Assembly (NCBI RefSeq): GCF_009914755.1
Contig: NC_060944.1
DNA from: the human T2T-CHM13v2.0 reference genome, Homo sapiens
Strand: one strand, 5' to 3'
DNA: 64,000 nt
Made by a program: the position numbers and the translations under genes. Positions within the stretch are counted from its first letter, which is position 1. Every line of letters begins with the position of its first letter. The notes beneath the pieces were generated by a model. That model was not told the DNA's origin. It worked only from the letters and a program-made list of their open reading frames with translations, and searched no databases. Of this stretch, positions 26,862 to 41,740 are shown piece by piece.

Positions 26862-26918
26862 TATGGGTTAGTGCAATTAAAATATCGCAAAACCTGCAAT
26901 TACTTTTACACCAACCTG
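26862..26918. mobile_element. Degenerate, internally deleted MADE1 (mariner MITE)
   Basis: gggttagtgcaa ... gcaaaacctgcaattacttttacaccaacct resembles the Hsmar1 TIRs. Confidence 0.55.
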
Positions 26919-27003
26919 TAGTATAAATGCTGAATCATATTCTCAAATGAAAATTGTTCCATGTTGAATTGGAGCCATAGTATAGAAACGTCTCTTAACT
27001 CTA

Positions 27004-27364
<361 letters not shown>

Positions 27365-27439
27365 CTAACCTTAATATTCAAAGCACCACAAGGAGCTTGG
27401 AGATGTACTGAGCAAAAAGAATGAAAAGATGCCTCAGTC

Positions 27440-27880
27440 TGCTGTATACAATATAATGCTGTGTAACAAACTATCCCAAATTTAGTGGCTTACAAGACAC
27501 ATTTATTTCCTGTTTATATGTCTTCAGGTCAGCTGAGATTTGGCTGATCTAAGCTGGGCTCAACCAAGCTTAGATTCAAGCTGCAGTTTGGGTCCAGATC
27601 TTAACTATAGCTCTCATCCTTCTTAGACCAGTAGTTTCCAGAGGCAGGCTTTCCTCATGATAAAAGGCAGGAGCACAAGAAGTCGAGTTCAACCATATAT
27701 CACATTTAAAGCTACTTTATGCAACATATCCACTAATGTTCCATTGGCCAAAGCACTTCACATGGTAAAGCTCAACATAAATGAGTTGAAGTATACTCTG
27801 CCTACTCTAATTGGAGGAACTACAGAGGTACAAAGAGTGTGACTCTGGGAAGTGTTCAATAGTGGAGAACACAAATATAA
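27440..27880 (-). mobile_element. MLT1 (I/J-like) LTR
   Basis: ataatgctgtgtaacaaactatcccaaatttagtggctt...ccattggccaaagcacttcacatgg. Confidence 0.7.
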
Positions 27881-30639
27881 CACCTGTGGTTGGAAACTTA
27901 ATGAATGACAAATAGAAGTATTTTGAGCTTACTAGAACTAAGACAAGTAATTCAATTCCAAATTGCTGTTTCCTCACTGAATATACATGAATCTTTCATT
28001 TTATATACATTATAGGCTAAAGGTCACTAGAAAAGAAATGTGGTATTATAAATAAGCCAATCACTAGTATGCATTTTTAGATGACAACACAGGACATACA
28101 TTTCTACCCTCTTTTCTTCTGTTCAGCTGAATTATAACCTTCAAAAAGACTATTTAATTTGGAAATGGCACTAGTAACTAGAAACAGCTTTGATATTAAT
28201 TTATTATTGATAGAAAATTTCTGTTTGTGCATGAATTTTCTGCTTTCAGAATTGCCTCTGAGATCAAAAAGAGTCTTTGTTTTGTTTAAGAAAAATACAT
28301 TATTGGTTAACATACCATATAGTATAGATAATCTTATAAACACATAGGAGGTATGAATTTGCTGCTACTATGATTCAAAGTCAAAGAAATGTCACATTTC
28401 TTTATGCTCGTTCAGTCATATTAAATCTAACTTCAAGTCTGGGAGGAAATTGAGTCTTAGTCATTATTAGGTGCTATCCCATGATTTCCCATTGACCTTA
28501 CCTGATTCCCTCTTCCTCCACTCTGCAATGCCTTGAATTATACCAGGGATGTCAAGCAGAACAGAACCCTTTGGGAAGACATGTTGATCATCTTCCAGCT
28601 AGCCTAACAACCCCTGAAGCCTCAGAGCTCTGCAGTTTTCAAGGCATCTTCAGACAAGAATCCTCATGAAGCATGGCATTTCATCACCACTCTATCCAAC
28701 TTCCTAGAATTACCACAGAACTATCTTTTTGAGGTCCTGATGACTTTTGGAGCATCTGAGACAGGAAGGGAATATTGGGTTACTACTTCTTGCTAGACCA
28801 GCATATTAGACCAGCATATAACCTTCCACTCTTGTTATAACTTCTTTTCCCTCCACTTATTTATGATTCTCATATTTGACAATCACTCATCTCCCTTCCC
28901 TCCAAATAAAATAAAGGTCTACCTTCTTGGAAGTGCCTCACGTAATCTTATTGAGATTTAGCTTTTGAAAGATCAAACAAGAAAAGGGATTTTCTTAAAG
29001 ATATTTGCTTTTGGCTCTAAGGCAAAAATTTTAACTGAGTCAGAGGAATAAAGAGGTTGGGTTGGGTGGGGTGCATTGGGTTGGGATGGGGAGTGGTGGA
29101 AACAGAGAATAGAAATCACGAATAGCCCTCAGTCTACTGCTTATTACATAGCAGGAGATTCAAAACACAAATTAATAAACCTATAATTTTCCTGCCACAA
29201 AGCTATTTATTTTATTATCATTTTATGTCAGCTTCAGAATGAAATTATTCCCATTTCTTCCATGCCATATTATTCTATTCAGTAGCATAGTTAATTAGAG
29301 GACTTCATTAATATGGAGACATGCTTACTTAATTAGTTACAATATATATTTCTATTGTCTATATATTTTTCCTTTTAGCAATTGCAGTCTAAAGGGTAGA
29401 GTTCAGAAATTAATTTTAGCAGCTTCTGGGAAACCCTGTACATAACAAAAACTAAAATGTCAATATGCCATAAGAGGATACTTCACAGCTTTTCAATTTA
29501 TTTTAATATAAACTAGTGGGCACTAACAAATTAAAGCACATGTATCTTCTTGAAATAACTGGATTTGTTGTAGAGGAAAATTTTACTCTAATTCATTCTT
29601 GCAATCACTTGCTAATATTTTATGCTTATTTCTTTCATTACTGTAATCCGATATATGAAGTTCTGAGAAGTTTTCTTCATCGGTCAAACAAAGAATTAAG
29701 CTTTTTTCAATAGTATTCTATGTCAGTCACTAATTAAAATTTATTTAGGACTCATAATGTACCTTTATAGAAGATACATATATGAGTTCAATTAAGTGAA
29801 GAACTGCATGTTTTTGTAACTTCATTTATGATCAATCATATAAAGCAACATAAGATACGGTTATTTCCATGTATCCACAGCAAAACAAAACAGTCGACTA
29901 GAGCTTATAAAATTCATTCTTTCAAAAAGTACTTCTTTAGCCCTTACTATGTTCTCAGGTAAACATTTTAAAACAACAAGATAATACATAGTATGGGACA
30001 AAACTGCTATGTAATTTCATTTGTATTAATTCAAACAAAGCTGAGATATAAAATAATGTATTTTAACTACAAAATGAATAGACGTACTGCTATGTCCATC
30101 TTTAAATGCAATTAAAAACCCTCTTCTTATTCTTTACGAACCAATCAATCAGTTATTTCCAAATCTTCTTGATTAGATTAAATTTTATTAAATGTGTGCC
30201 ACTGTATTAAATTCTAGGAATACAGCCAATAACAAAGCAGTCATGGTCCCTGCCTTCAGGATACTTATAGTCTTTAAATTATATGTGAATACAAACTAAT
30301 AAAGTACAAATACCAGAATATGTAATTCAAACATAGTTATCTCATTTTAAAATATCCACCATGGAATTTTATATTGGGGATACTTACCTCCTTTGGGATT
30401 TCTTTCAGAGTTAAATTATGCTGAACCAAAAACAATACTGCCCAATGAAATGCCACAGCACGCTGCCCAGATTTTTGCATTAGTTAGGTAAGTAGCCCAT
30501 TTTAGCAATTCAGCCTTCCAAAAAGTCTCTCATGCCATCAATCCCAAAAGGAATGTCTGATTGAATGGCAGGCTTGCATGCCCATTCAGGGCCCAATTCT
30601 CTTCTGTCTTCCTCTATTCTGCCTCTAGAGTGTTAAATG

Positions 30640-30843
30640 GGAAAGACAGAGCACAGAGGATTGTGGGAGGTTTCCATGGTCCAGGCCAAGAAGTACTGCA
30701 GTTACTGCTGGTCACATCTCTTTCACCAGATGCAATCACGTGACTGCAACTGACTGCAAGAGAGGCTGGGAAATGTAGTCTAAGGTTGAGTCCAGAGGAA
30801 AGAGGAAATGGTTTTGGGGAGCACATAGCACTTCTGTGTCACA
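30640..30843 (-). mobile_element. MLT1 (J/K-like) fragment
   Basis: tcacgtgactgcaactgactgcaagagaggctgggaaatgtagtct...tttggggagcacatagc. Confidence 0.65.
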
Positions 30844-31014
30844 ACTTGTGTCTGGATGCATTTTAGCCGTTCCTGGGGAAAGAAAGAAACAAACAAAAAA
30901 ATAAACAACAACATAAAACCTGCTTTTAAAGAATATTTATTCTATGGAAAGTTATTAAAAACTATGTCACAACCTTCTTAATTAGCTCTTTTCTAGTTAA
31001 TTTGATATTTTAAA

Positions 31015-31225
31015 AAATTATTTTCAGTTCATTTACATCTATAGAAGAGTTACAGAAATAGCACAGAGAGTTATTGTACATCCTGTACCCAGCTTCCTCT
31101 AATGTTTAAATCTTACATAACCATAGTACACATAGAAAAAAACTAAGAAATTAACATCGGCACAATGTTATTATAGATTTCACCACATATTTTTGACTTA
31201 CGTCTTTTCTTCTGTTCCAGGTATT
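31015..31225 (-). mobile_element. L1MC-like 3' end fragment
   Basis: gaagagttacagaaatagcacagagag...acccagcttcctctaatg...aaccatagtaca...aagaaattaacat. Confidence 0.65.
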
Positions 31226-31449
31226 TCTATCTACTTTTAACTCACACATACACACACACACACATGAACACATCCCTAAGGCTTTATTTCTTCTTTGAGT
31301 TTCCTAATTTCTAGAGTAAAAGACATTTTTCCATTCTCATAAGTAATCATTATTCAAATATCATTGGTTTTCCAAAAGTGAAATCTTACATAGACTATAA
31401 CCATTGCCAGGAGTGTGGCAGTCATCAGAGGAAAGATGCTAACACATGG

Positions 31450-31672
31450 TAATAATGATAAGAATAACGACATAATTGAGGTCTACTGAGCTGTTACTAC
31501 ATCTGGCAAGTGCTAGTATGACTCACTTAATTCTTGAAGAAGTTGTATGAGAAACAAATTATTTTAACCCTCTTTTCCTGGTAAGGAAACTGAGGCTCCA
31601 AGAAGTTACACAATTCATCGGTCCCACAGCTAGTGAGGAAAGAGCCTAGGTTCACTTCAGTCCATTTTAACC
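31450..31672 (-). mobile_element. MIR
   Basis: ggtaaggaaactgaggctcc...gtcccacagctagtgagg. Confidence 0.7.
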
Positions 31673-32239
31673 ACAAAACTTCAAGGGAAAACTGAAACTA
31701 ATAAGGACAAAAGCATATCCAAGGCATTTCTGGATGGGGTTATATCCAAGCATTCACAAGAAGTATCCATTAGAAGGAGCATTTAGAGGTAGGTTTTTGA
31801 GGACAAAAAGAACAAAAAATGAGCCTAATGATTTAACTTTTTGCCTTTATTCCTAGTAGTTCAGCATTTACCTAGGACAACAATCCTTCTTCCCTCTCAG
31901 TTGTCAGGGGTCACATAGGAATTAAACTGGTTGCAAGAGCAAGAGCTGAGGTTCTGAGCCTTGGTACTTTCTGAACTTAGCATTTCCGACCTTGAGTCAT
32001 GTTTGCCACCTGTGGCCCTTTCTGATCTTTGCAAATCCGATTTCTCTAGTCAGCCTAGTTTTGAGACCTAATTACTTGGCATTTCACCTCTGACGGTCTC
32101 TGCGCAGGCCTGAATGTTAAGCCCTGTGATTCTAGCAATAAGATGCCCCTGTGTCTGCCAGTGAGTCCAGGCTCCTTGCATGAGTACCATCTGAGATCCA
32201 TCTTAGAAAAAATATATTCCATTAGTGCAATCATTCCCA

Positions 32240-32425
32240 AAATGTGAGCCTTGGGCTACCAACATCAGCATCACCTGGGAACTTGTCACAAATGCAGATC
32301 CTCAGGGTCTTCATGCCAGCCCTACTGAATCAGAAATTCTAGGCAACAGGGAACATCAATCTGTGTTTTAACAAACCCACTATGATTTTGATGGATGCTA
32401 AAATTTGAAATTCCTGAATTAGTAT
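32240..32425. mobile_element. MER5A
   Basis: cccaaaatgtg...catcagcatcacctgggaacttgtcacaaatgcaga...tactgaatcagaaattct...tgtgttttaacaa. Confidence 0.8.
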
Positions 32426-33242
32426 CTGTGTCTCCTCATTTGCTATGATGCCCATTGGTACAATGGATTAAGACAGGGAGGACTTAGTGTCTGACAGCTC
32501 AGCAACTTAGCTGGTTGCATGCCCCTGGGTCCTTGCTCAGCCTCTGTGCTTTTCCATTTTCTCATTTTTAAAAATACACCAAAGAGCTATAATCGAGCTC
32601 TCGTTTTTCTGTGTTTGCTGATGAGTAACTAATGGAGGGTTGTGCTATCCCATGTTAATCTTAACTGCCTGACTAATGCTTAGCAATGGCTTTTGTACAA
32701 AGGTTGTCCTTGTGATTTCTGAACCTCTTCTCCTGCTTGGATTTAAGCAGCAATATCCCATCACATTTGTATTACATAAATCATTGGGGCATGGGTTGAA
32801 TGTTATATACTCATAACTATGTGTAATTAAACTTAATATGGATTTGACCATTAGTTAAACTCTCACGCTTTGAGATTAGCTATAATTGAGGAAGGCATGA
32901 CCTTTATTCTAACAGGGTAGAACTTTCTCTTGGAGCATTTAAGGTTAAGGTATGAGAGGACTTTGCTGTTATACAAAAATATTCCACATAGGAAGTTCAA
33001 GTAAAATACTAAACCTTTCTAGGCCAGAGTTCTTTAAGAAATTAATCCAGATAAAACCATGAGATAGAGATAATTGCCACAGAAATTAGCAATCCTGCCA
33101 AAAGAACTGACCATGCATAGGCTGATCTTTTAGGAACACGGAAGGGACCTTAAAAATGTCACATGGAAACCACTCTTTGGGAGTTGTTTTTTGGATCAGA
33201 ACAGAAATTAAGAAGCTAGATAGAAAAAATTCATGAAGATGA

Positions 33243-33430
33243 GTGTCTTAGTTTGAATTCCCCAGAAGCAGATTCTGAGTAAGAATTTTAGTGCAAGTGC
33301 TTTATTTGGGATGTGATCCCAGACAATACTAGCAGGAGGGGAGCAGAAATTGAGACAGGACAGAGAATGAAGGCAACACAGTGTGTATTATCAAGCAAGT
33401 TATCACTATCAGCAATTGAAGTGTAGGGTC
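33243..33430 (-). mobile_element. LTR16-like fragment
   Basis: tgtcttagtttgaattccccagaagcagattctgag...gtgcaagtgctttatttggga. Confidence 0.6.
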
Positions 33431-33729
33431 AGAGTTTCTGAATACAAGTCTAGGATAGGCTCTGTGGCTTATCAACTCAGCCCTTGAAGAATTATACCAC
33501 TTCTTTACGCATTACATCCTTCTTCAAAGAAATGAAGATAAAAATGCTCTCCAAATGGGATGATGCGGTTGCTATTGATAATAAATGGCTACCTTTTATT
33601 GAATACTGATCCTGTACCAGGTTCAGTGTTAATCTTTACTCCAAATCCTAGGAGATAGGTAAATGTTCTTCAAATTTTACTAAGAGATCATATCAATTAT
33701 ATACATATATATGTATTATATAAATATAT

Positions 33730-34000
33730 ATATTTAACTTTTAAGTTCGGGGTACATGTGCCGGTATGTTATATAAGTAAACTTGTACCATGAGGGTTTC
33801 TTGCACAGATTATATCATCACTCAGGTATTAAGCCTAGTACCCATTACTTATTTTTTCTGATCCTCTCCCTCCTCCTATGTTTCACCCTCTGATAGGCCC
33901 CAGTGTGTGTTGTTCCCCTCTATGTGTTCATATATTAGCATCATTTAGCTCCCACTTATAAGTGAGAAAATGTGGTATTTAGTTTTTTGTTTCTGTGTTA
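33730..34000 (-). mobile_element. Short L1PA 3' end
   Basis: aacttttaagttcggggtacatgtgc...gctcccacttataagtgagaa; possible TSD caa(t/c)tatata. Confidence 0.88.
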
Positions 34001-34199
34001 CCAACTATATAATTTTATAAACATAAGGGGCTTTGCAAACTGTAAGGTGATGTTAAAGAGAACTTGTTGCAGCTTTTTTTGAGTCAATGGAAAGTCCATA
34101 CTTAAGTTATAATTTTGCAACTCATTAGCCATGAGGCTTCAACCAGATAACTTTGCCTCTTTCAGTCTGCCTCCTATATTAAAAAATACATAAGCCAGA

Positions 34200-34915
34200 T
34201 GCTAATATTAGGCATTAGGGGAGGCTGGATACATGGGACAGAGGTCTCTGCTGGGTATTTCTTTGCAAATTCTTATAAATCTGTAATTATTTAAAAATAA
34301 AAGTTAAATAATCATAGTTGGGCTGGTGGAAATATAAATTGGTCTAACCAATTTAGAAAATTGGTATAATTTATGAAAGCCAAACATATGCATACATGTA
34401 GCCCAGAAACTACAGTCCTAAATAGATACACAACAGAAATACAAGCATACGAGCACCAAAAGCTATGTACTAGAATGTTCATAGCAAGATAATGTGTGAC
34501 AGTAAAAAATGCAAACAACACAAGTGGCTATGAACTGTAGAACTGAATAAGTTGTGATTTACTCATGTATTGAAATATTATGAAGTGATGAAAATGAATA
34601 ATCTTCAAGAATACATGACAAGGATGAATAATATTACAGATGTGATAGTCAGTGTGACAAACGTCATACAAAAGAGAACAGTATAATTCTATTTAGAAAA
34701 AGTTCCCAAGAAGCAAGATATGTCTATGCTATTGGAAGGCAGGATGTCTGGGAGGGCAGTGACTGAAAGAACACAAGAGGTGGGCTTCTAGGAAACTGAG
34801 AGTTTTCTGTTTCTCGTTCTGGGTGCTGGTTACATGGGTACACTCATGGAGCAATTAAATTATTATCTGTGTACTTTTCCATAAGTACTTTGTATTTTTT
34901 AAAAGTTTACCTAAT
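34200..34915 (+). mobile_element. Old L1M (MC/ME-like) 3' fragments
   Basis: tggtggaaatataaattggtctaacc...gtactagaatgttcatagc...tgggtgctggttacatgg. Confidence 0.7.
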
Positions 34916-35649
34916 AAAAGCACTATGAGTTGGGTTAGATGACTCCAAAAGATTCTTCTAGCTCTAAAATCCTGATCATGAGATGAGGCTCTGCCATCTT
35001 CCCATATCTATTGAGATGAGGCTGGGAGTTGAGTTGGTCCACTTGCCAACATGAGGTCAACACACTGGCTCTGTTTAGTTCTGCAACACGAGGATGCCCC
35101 TTTGCATGGCACAGTTCATTTTCCTCTCGCTGGTACTCAGCACAGAGATTTATACAAACAGGTACTCAGCAGACACATGTTCAAAGATTTTAGATCATGC
35201 AATTTTAGAAACTTCCACAGGGTGGCAAGGACGCTATTACTTGATAGTCTTTACACACATAACAACCTTTCTCCTCTTTTTTGTCCCCCTCAGTCTCTTT
35301 CACAACATACAGGTTTCCCTATCCATGGCTATTATAAATATTGGAAAATACAGTTTTATAGACTATACTATTTCTAATGAATGCTCCATATTACAATTAA
35401 ATTAGAGGACTAATCTGAAGCTTGAGTAGACTAAATAAAATAGTGGGTAGGGGGAAATCAGTGTTGTACCAGAGAATATAATTTCTGAAACATAAGAAAA
35501 TTAGCACAGAACATGACCAAGGGGAGGAATTACAGCAAAATGAGTTGCAAGGTAATGGAATAAAGATGACATAATATTATTTGCCCCCTTTAAAAAAGGT
35601 CCTGGGCATTTGATAAGCACAAAATGAATTCAGATAGACAATAGCCAGA

Positions 35650-36170
35650 AGGTGGTAGATTGTTTGCAAAAGAATTGCTGCAATTATTTCCTTCCACATA
35701 TCTGCATCATTTTGCAATGTGGTTTTTCAAAAACTCCCATTAAGGGGTGGAGCTATTTCCCTACCTGTTGAATTTAGGTTGGTCTTTTGACCTATTTACT
35801 AGAAAGTAACAAAGTAATTATCTTCTACTTTTAAACTTAAGACTAAGGAGTCCTTGCACAGTTCTGCTTTTTCTCTTTGACCATAGCCTCTGCCACGTGA
35901 ACAAGCCTGAGCTGGCCTGTTAGAAGATGAGAAGCCAGGTGGAACAGTCATTCCCATTGTCCCAGCCAAGCACCTCCTAGCCTTTAACCTACCCAGCAGC
36001 AGACCAGAGATACCTAAGCAAGGCTTGCCAAGAGCAGCCGAACCTCACCCACATCAGTAGAGCCACCCAACATGACTGATACACTTGTTAGCAAAAAATT
36101 TTTTTTAAAAGATAATTGTTTAAGTCATGAAGTTTCATGTGGTTTGTTAGGCAGCAGTGGCTAACTCACG
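35650..36170 (+). mobile_element. MLT1 (H/I-like) LTR
   Basis: ggtggtagattgtttgcaaaa...ctcccattaaggggtggag...gtggtttgttaggcagcagtggctaact. Confidence 0.7.
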
Positions 36171-36449
36171 GCCATATAAAAATATCAATTGCACTAGCTT
36201 ATTTTCTGCTAAACTTCCTTTTAGATGCAGCTTTGTATGCAGTGAGAGCCTCAGCCTGAAAGTCAAGAACTTTGGATTCAAACTTTTGTAACAGTAAAAA
36301 AATGAGAGATCTTGAAAAATCGCCTTTGAAGTGCTTTTTTATCAACCTATCTACCTATCAATCAGTCATCTATCTATCTGTGTGTGGGTATATTAATCTT
36401 GTAATGGGTGCACGTGTATGTGTTTAATGTAAACACACGAAGAATGGTC

Positions 36450-36930
36450 AGTGTCTTCGGTTAAGTTTTCCCAGCAGCAGGCCCCAAGACAAGCATCCAA
36501 GTGCAAGTAGTTTATTTGGGATGGGACCCCAGGACCTTTTAGGAAGTTGGGAAGTGACAAAGGGAAAGGAAGACAACCATGAGACTGCATTAACAAATAG
36601 GTTACCATTGTGAATAATTCGATTTTTATCTTCCTGGGGAACTCCAGAAAACAGTTTAAAATTTAAATTTTAAACCTTAAATTTATCCTATCCAGGGGTA
36701 AGGGAGCTGGAATATTTATCCTACCAATCCCAGATATTACTGGTTGCGAGTTGATCATGAAGGGAATTTTTTTCCCAGTACTTCCCATCACATGCATGGA
36801 CAAAGTGGGCTCTGGTAGCCAAAGAAAGTCCTCAGGCAAAGAGAAAGGAGTGCGGAACAGTGGAAAGTTGGGTAAGAATGGTAAGGCCCAATAGGAAGCA
36901 GCAGAGCACTGGCAGCATCTGCCAGCAACA
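36450..36930 (-). mobile_element. LTR16-like ERVL LTR
   Basis: tgtcttcggttaagttttcccagcagcaggccccaagacaag...gtgcaagtagtttatttggga...agggagctggaatatttat. Confidence 0.65.
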
Positions 36931-39220
36931 CTGTATCTTAAACCTGGGACATGCTAGATGTACAATTAACCTTTGTATACAAACATTTTTCTATTTTAGA
37001 ACTTTATTGCTTACAATCTTTAGTATATAAAATGGGTTCTATTTTCACTCTCTGAATGAGAATTCAAGGGAGAATTCTACCTCCTCTGTAGAGCTCATCT
37101 TATGCAATTTTATCTACATTCTCCATCAATAAAGAGATCAATAGATAAATAAATACAGACATATATACATAAGATAGATGAGAGTGTGTTCTTTATTCTT
37201 CAATAACGATCTACGTTTTACAAATCACAATGTCTGAATTTATCATATTGAAACTATAATTATACTTAGGGGTCTCTTTTCTGCTGATTTTTTAGTTCTG
37301 TAAGTATTTATGTAATTCCAGTATGATCCCTGACATATATTAAGCATTTGTGAATGTTGACTGCCTAACCAATGGAATGCACTGATGGGTACTCACCAAA
37401 TGCTAGTAGAAAATCATAAATATAATTTACATATACCCTATGTGGTTGAATGTCTCAGCAGGCATGTTATATGCTCCACGAAGATAAAGATTCTATTTGT
37501 ATTGTTTACTTTTATACCCTAATGCCAAACAAAATGATTCTAGCAAAGTAGAAACTAGAAAAATACTTGTTAAATAAAAGAAAAATTGTTTGAAGTCTAA
37601 AAACATTACTGAGAATTTAAAAATAGCAAAAATAAATTACTTACATCTTTCTGTATATTCTGTTGCACTGGACACATTCAATTTGCATTAAGCACACAAG
37701 ATAGCAGAATTTTAGATGACTTCTGTACAATTCATAGATTACCTATACCTAATTGCAAACTTCATTTGAGAAAAAAGTTGATGGTCCTCTTGTTTGAAGA
37801 ATTTTATTTCTGTTATGAAGTTTCACTGTGGGATCCCAAATACAATAAAATAAGTCAAAGCATTTTTGTGGTCATGGAAAATAATGTATAGCTGATTGTT
37901 CATTATTAAACTGCAACATATATTGAATGTTATCATGTTTCAAGGCTATTTTATAATTAGTAAGTTTTTGCAAAATAAAAATCCTAGAATTTTATTTTTC
38001 ATACCTGCACTCTTCAGAGTTCAGCTTCATCCATATACCTCTTTCTACAGTGAGGTGCATTGGTTGAACTAGGAAATGCAGAGATTACTCTCAATTACCA
38101 GTTATTACTGAGTTGCTGTGAAAACATTCAAAAAATGTTGAGATTATTATCAAAGACGCAGGCCAGAAAAAATAAAAAACTGTATAGGACCAGGAAGAGC
38201 TGTATTCACACTAATGTCAGAGTTCACTGTACAAATGTCTTAATTTGTCATTATAAAATGAATCTGGAAATACCGAACAAATCAAAAAAGATCTGTTGTG
38301 ACGTGGTGATTTTTTTTTTGAAAGCTACATACCACCAGAGAGCTTCTGTCATCCAAGTTATTCCAAGACAGTTTTCTATTCTTGCCATGGCTATGAATGA
38401 CAGCTTAATATAACGTGTGTGGAGGGGAAAAAAAAGAAGAAATTCTTACTCAGACTCAGGGCTTCCAAGTGTCTAATAACAATCCTAAAAAACAACTGCA
38501 TCTTCAAATAACTCTTAAACTCTAACTTATGGTTTAGCATTCATCTTTACTCAAGTACTAGTAGATGAGATGAATTCAATTATATCAAAGGTGTGGCATC
38601 CTATGGAAAATCAAAGACATGCTGGGCTGCTACCATTTAGAAATTGATTTCTCATGAGGAACCTTTACCTCTTTGTCTGTCATCATGAAATTGTCCCTTA
38701 CCAGTATTGATAGCATTTAACCCTCTGGATGAGGAAAACACTTGAAATAAAAAATAAAACTGGGTAGCCCATAAGCTGCTATTATCTCTAAAAGGAACTG
38801 ACACTTTAGGATTGATGCTAGACATAAAAATATTTTATTTGTGCTATTTTTTTATTTTTACTTTATTGCAAAGTTTCTACTAAAATAAAATTCAGGGCAG
38901 AAATTAACCAAAATTCCATCCCGAAGTCAAAGTTAGTGTTTTTATTTTTCTAATACAACTTCCAGTCCTTGCTCATATTCAAAAGGCTACCTTTTCAATT
39001 TTTGCAGTCTACATTTTTACTTAATTTTATACTGTGGCTTCTCCCTCCCACTTTCCTACAACTGTTTTGTGGTTTTTTGTTTGTTTGTTTGTTTGTTTGT
39101 TTGTTTTTAGCCTTTCTTTCCCAATTCTATCTATTCCATCCACACCATCACATTCCTAATGTAACAAATGTTACCATCTTGGGGTATATTTTTCCAGATC
39201 TTTTTTCTGGTCTTACAATC

Positions 39221-39895
39221 TGTATTAGGCAAAATTCTAAGATTTCCCCCAATGAAAAATACCCTTGTATAATCCCAGCCCTTGAGTATGGGTAACGCCT
39301 GTGCGCATAATATGATTATCACTCCTGTGATTATATTATGTTATATTATATTATATTATATTATATTATATTATATTATATTATATTATATGGAAGTTAT
39401 TTTGCTAATGTAATTGAGGTCTGTAACTAGTTGACTTTGAGTTAATCAAAGGAAAGATTATCCTGGGTGAGCCTGACCTAATCACATAAGCCCTTAAATT
39501 AAAGAGTACTGAGCTCTTTCTGAAAGGAAGGTGATTCTTCTCTATGTTTTGAAGAAGTGAATTGTCATATTATAAGAGGACTATGTGGCTAAACCTGAGG
39601 GTGGCCTCTGACAGGTCAGAGCAACCCTTAGCCAACAGCCAGGTGAAAAATAGGAACCTCAGTCTTAGAGTTACAATTTTGATTTTGCTAACAACCTGAA
39701 TAAACCTGGAAGAGGACTTCAAGTTCCAGGTGAGAAAGCATCCCAACAGACACATTGATTTTCACCTCGTAAGATGCTGAGCAGAAAACCCAGTAATTTT
39801 GTGGCCAGATTTATGGCCCAGAGAAACTGTGAAATAATAAAAGGGTGTTGTTTTAACTGCCAAATTTGTAATTGCAATAGAAAACTAATTCATAA
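39221..39895 (+). mobile_element. MLT1E-like LTR containing (TTATA)n
   Basis: tgtattaggcaaaattctaagat...gttgactttgagttaatcaaag...gattatcctgggtgagcctgacctaatcac...caatagaaaactaat. Confidence 0.82.
39331..39391 (+). repeat. (TTATA)n pentanucleotide microsatellite, ~12 units
   Basis: Directly visible. Confidence 0.95.
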
Positions 39896-39929
39896 TCATT
39901 TACACACATATAGAGATAACGTCACTATT

Positions 39930-41740
39930 GTTTGTAATAGGATGTTAAAATGGAAATTTGTAGCAGACAAATTCACAGTTATAGTCAGAGGTTTTATTGC
40001 CCTACATCAATAATGTTAGAATAAGTTGATATAAAATTATTAAGAATGTAGACTATTTGAACAACATGAACAAAAACCTTAGGCTAATTAAATACTCAAC
40101 CCAACAATAGCAAAACATATACCCTTTCCATGGGCACAGGAAACACATTAAAATAGATCATATTCTGGGTCCTAAAACAAATCTAAAAGAAAGCAAATTT
40201 AAAAGAGAGTACTTTATCTGAGCAAAATGAAATCAAATGAGAAATTAATAACAGAACAACTCTAGAAAATCCTTAGATATTAAAAAATTGCATATCGCAC
40301 TGCTAATAACCCCATGAGTTAGAGAAGAATTTCAAAAGAAAATTATAAAGTATTCTGAACTAAATAAAAATTTCAAGACCAAAATATCAAAATTTGTATA
40401 GTGCTACTGAATTAATAATTAGGAGTAAATTTATAAAAATAAAATTTTATATTGAAAAAAGAAAGAACTCATATTAATTACCACAGCATTTATATAAAGA
40501 GATTAGAAAAAAAAGAAGAGCAAAAAGGAGCCAAATTAAGCAGAAGAAAGAATAATAAATATAAAAGCATTTCTCAGTTAAATAAAAGTAGAAAAACAAT
40601 ACAGAAAATTTAATGAAACTAAAAGGTGGTTCTTTGAGAAGACCAAAACAACTGATAAACCTTTAGCTACACTGACGAGAAAAAGAAAGAATAAAGGCAC
40701 AATTTACCAAGTCAAAAATAAAAGAAGTGTCATCACACAGGCTATATAGATAATACAAAGATAAAAGGAGAATATTGTAAAAAATTTAATGTTAAAGAAA
40801 CTTAGAATAAAAATTTTATAAAATACACAAACTATTAAGATTCACTACAGAAGAAATAGATGACCAACATAGCCTTATATCTATTAATTAAACACAATTT
40901 AAAGTTAAAAGCCTTACTGACTAAAAAATTCCAACCTCAGATAGCTGGCTCTACATTGGAAAATTCTTAAACATCAAGGAAGGAATTATACTAATACTAC
41001 TGAAACTTCTAAAAAGCTGAAGAGGAGAAATAATTGAAAAGTAAATCTATGAAAAAACAAATTATTTTATAAAGTCACCATTATCCTCACACCAAAACCA
41101 GAACAATAAAGAAAAACTATAGATCAGTATCTCTTATGAAGATAGATGCAAAAAATATAAATAAAATTATAATAAATTGAATCCAACAATGTACGAAAAG
41201 GCTAATATATCAATCATGACTAAACAGCATTTATACTAGGAATGCAAGGTTGGTTTAATATTCAAAAATTAAGAAATGTAACTTATTATAAAACTCAAAA
41301 AGAAAAAAGTAAGGTCATCTAAGTAGACATGTAAAAGTAAATTTGACAAAATCTAATATACTTTCCTAATAAAAACTCTCAGAAAATAGAAATACAAGGA
41401 GATTCCTCAATCTCTTAAAGGGCATCTGCCAAAAACTCATATTTAATGATGACATCATACTTAATGATGAAAGAAAGTGTTCCTCCTGAGATTAAAAAAA
41501 AAAAAAAATTTTCATGACCTGCCTGCAACATTGTCATGGAGGTTCTAGCCAGTGTAATAAAGCAAGTAAAAGACATTAAAAGAAATGAAGATTAAGAAGG
41601 AAGAAGAAAACTGTCTTTATTCACAGAGGACACCATTGTCTATGTAAAAAATATAATGGAATCTACAACATATCAATTAGAAATAATAAGGGAGTTTAGC
41701 CACATTGCAGGATGCAAGATCAATATAAAAAATTAATTAT
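39930..41740 (+). mobile_element. Old L1M ORF2 remnant
   Basis: ggtggttctttgagaagacc, ggaatgcaaggttggtttaatattc, ggaggttctagccagtg, gcaggatgcaagatcaatat. Confidence 0.8.
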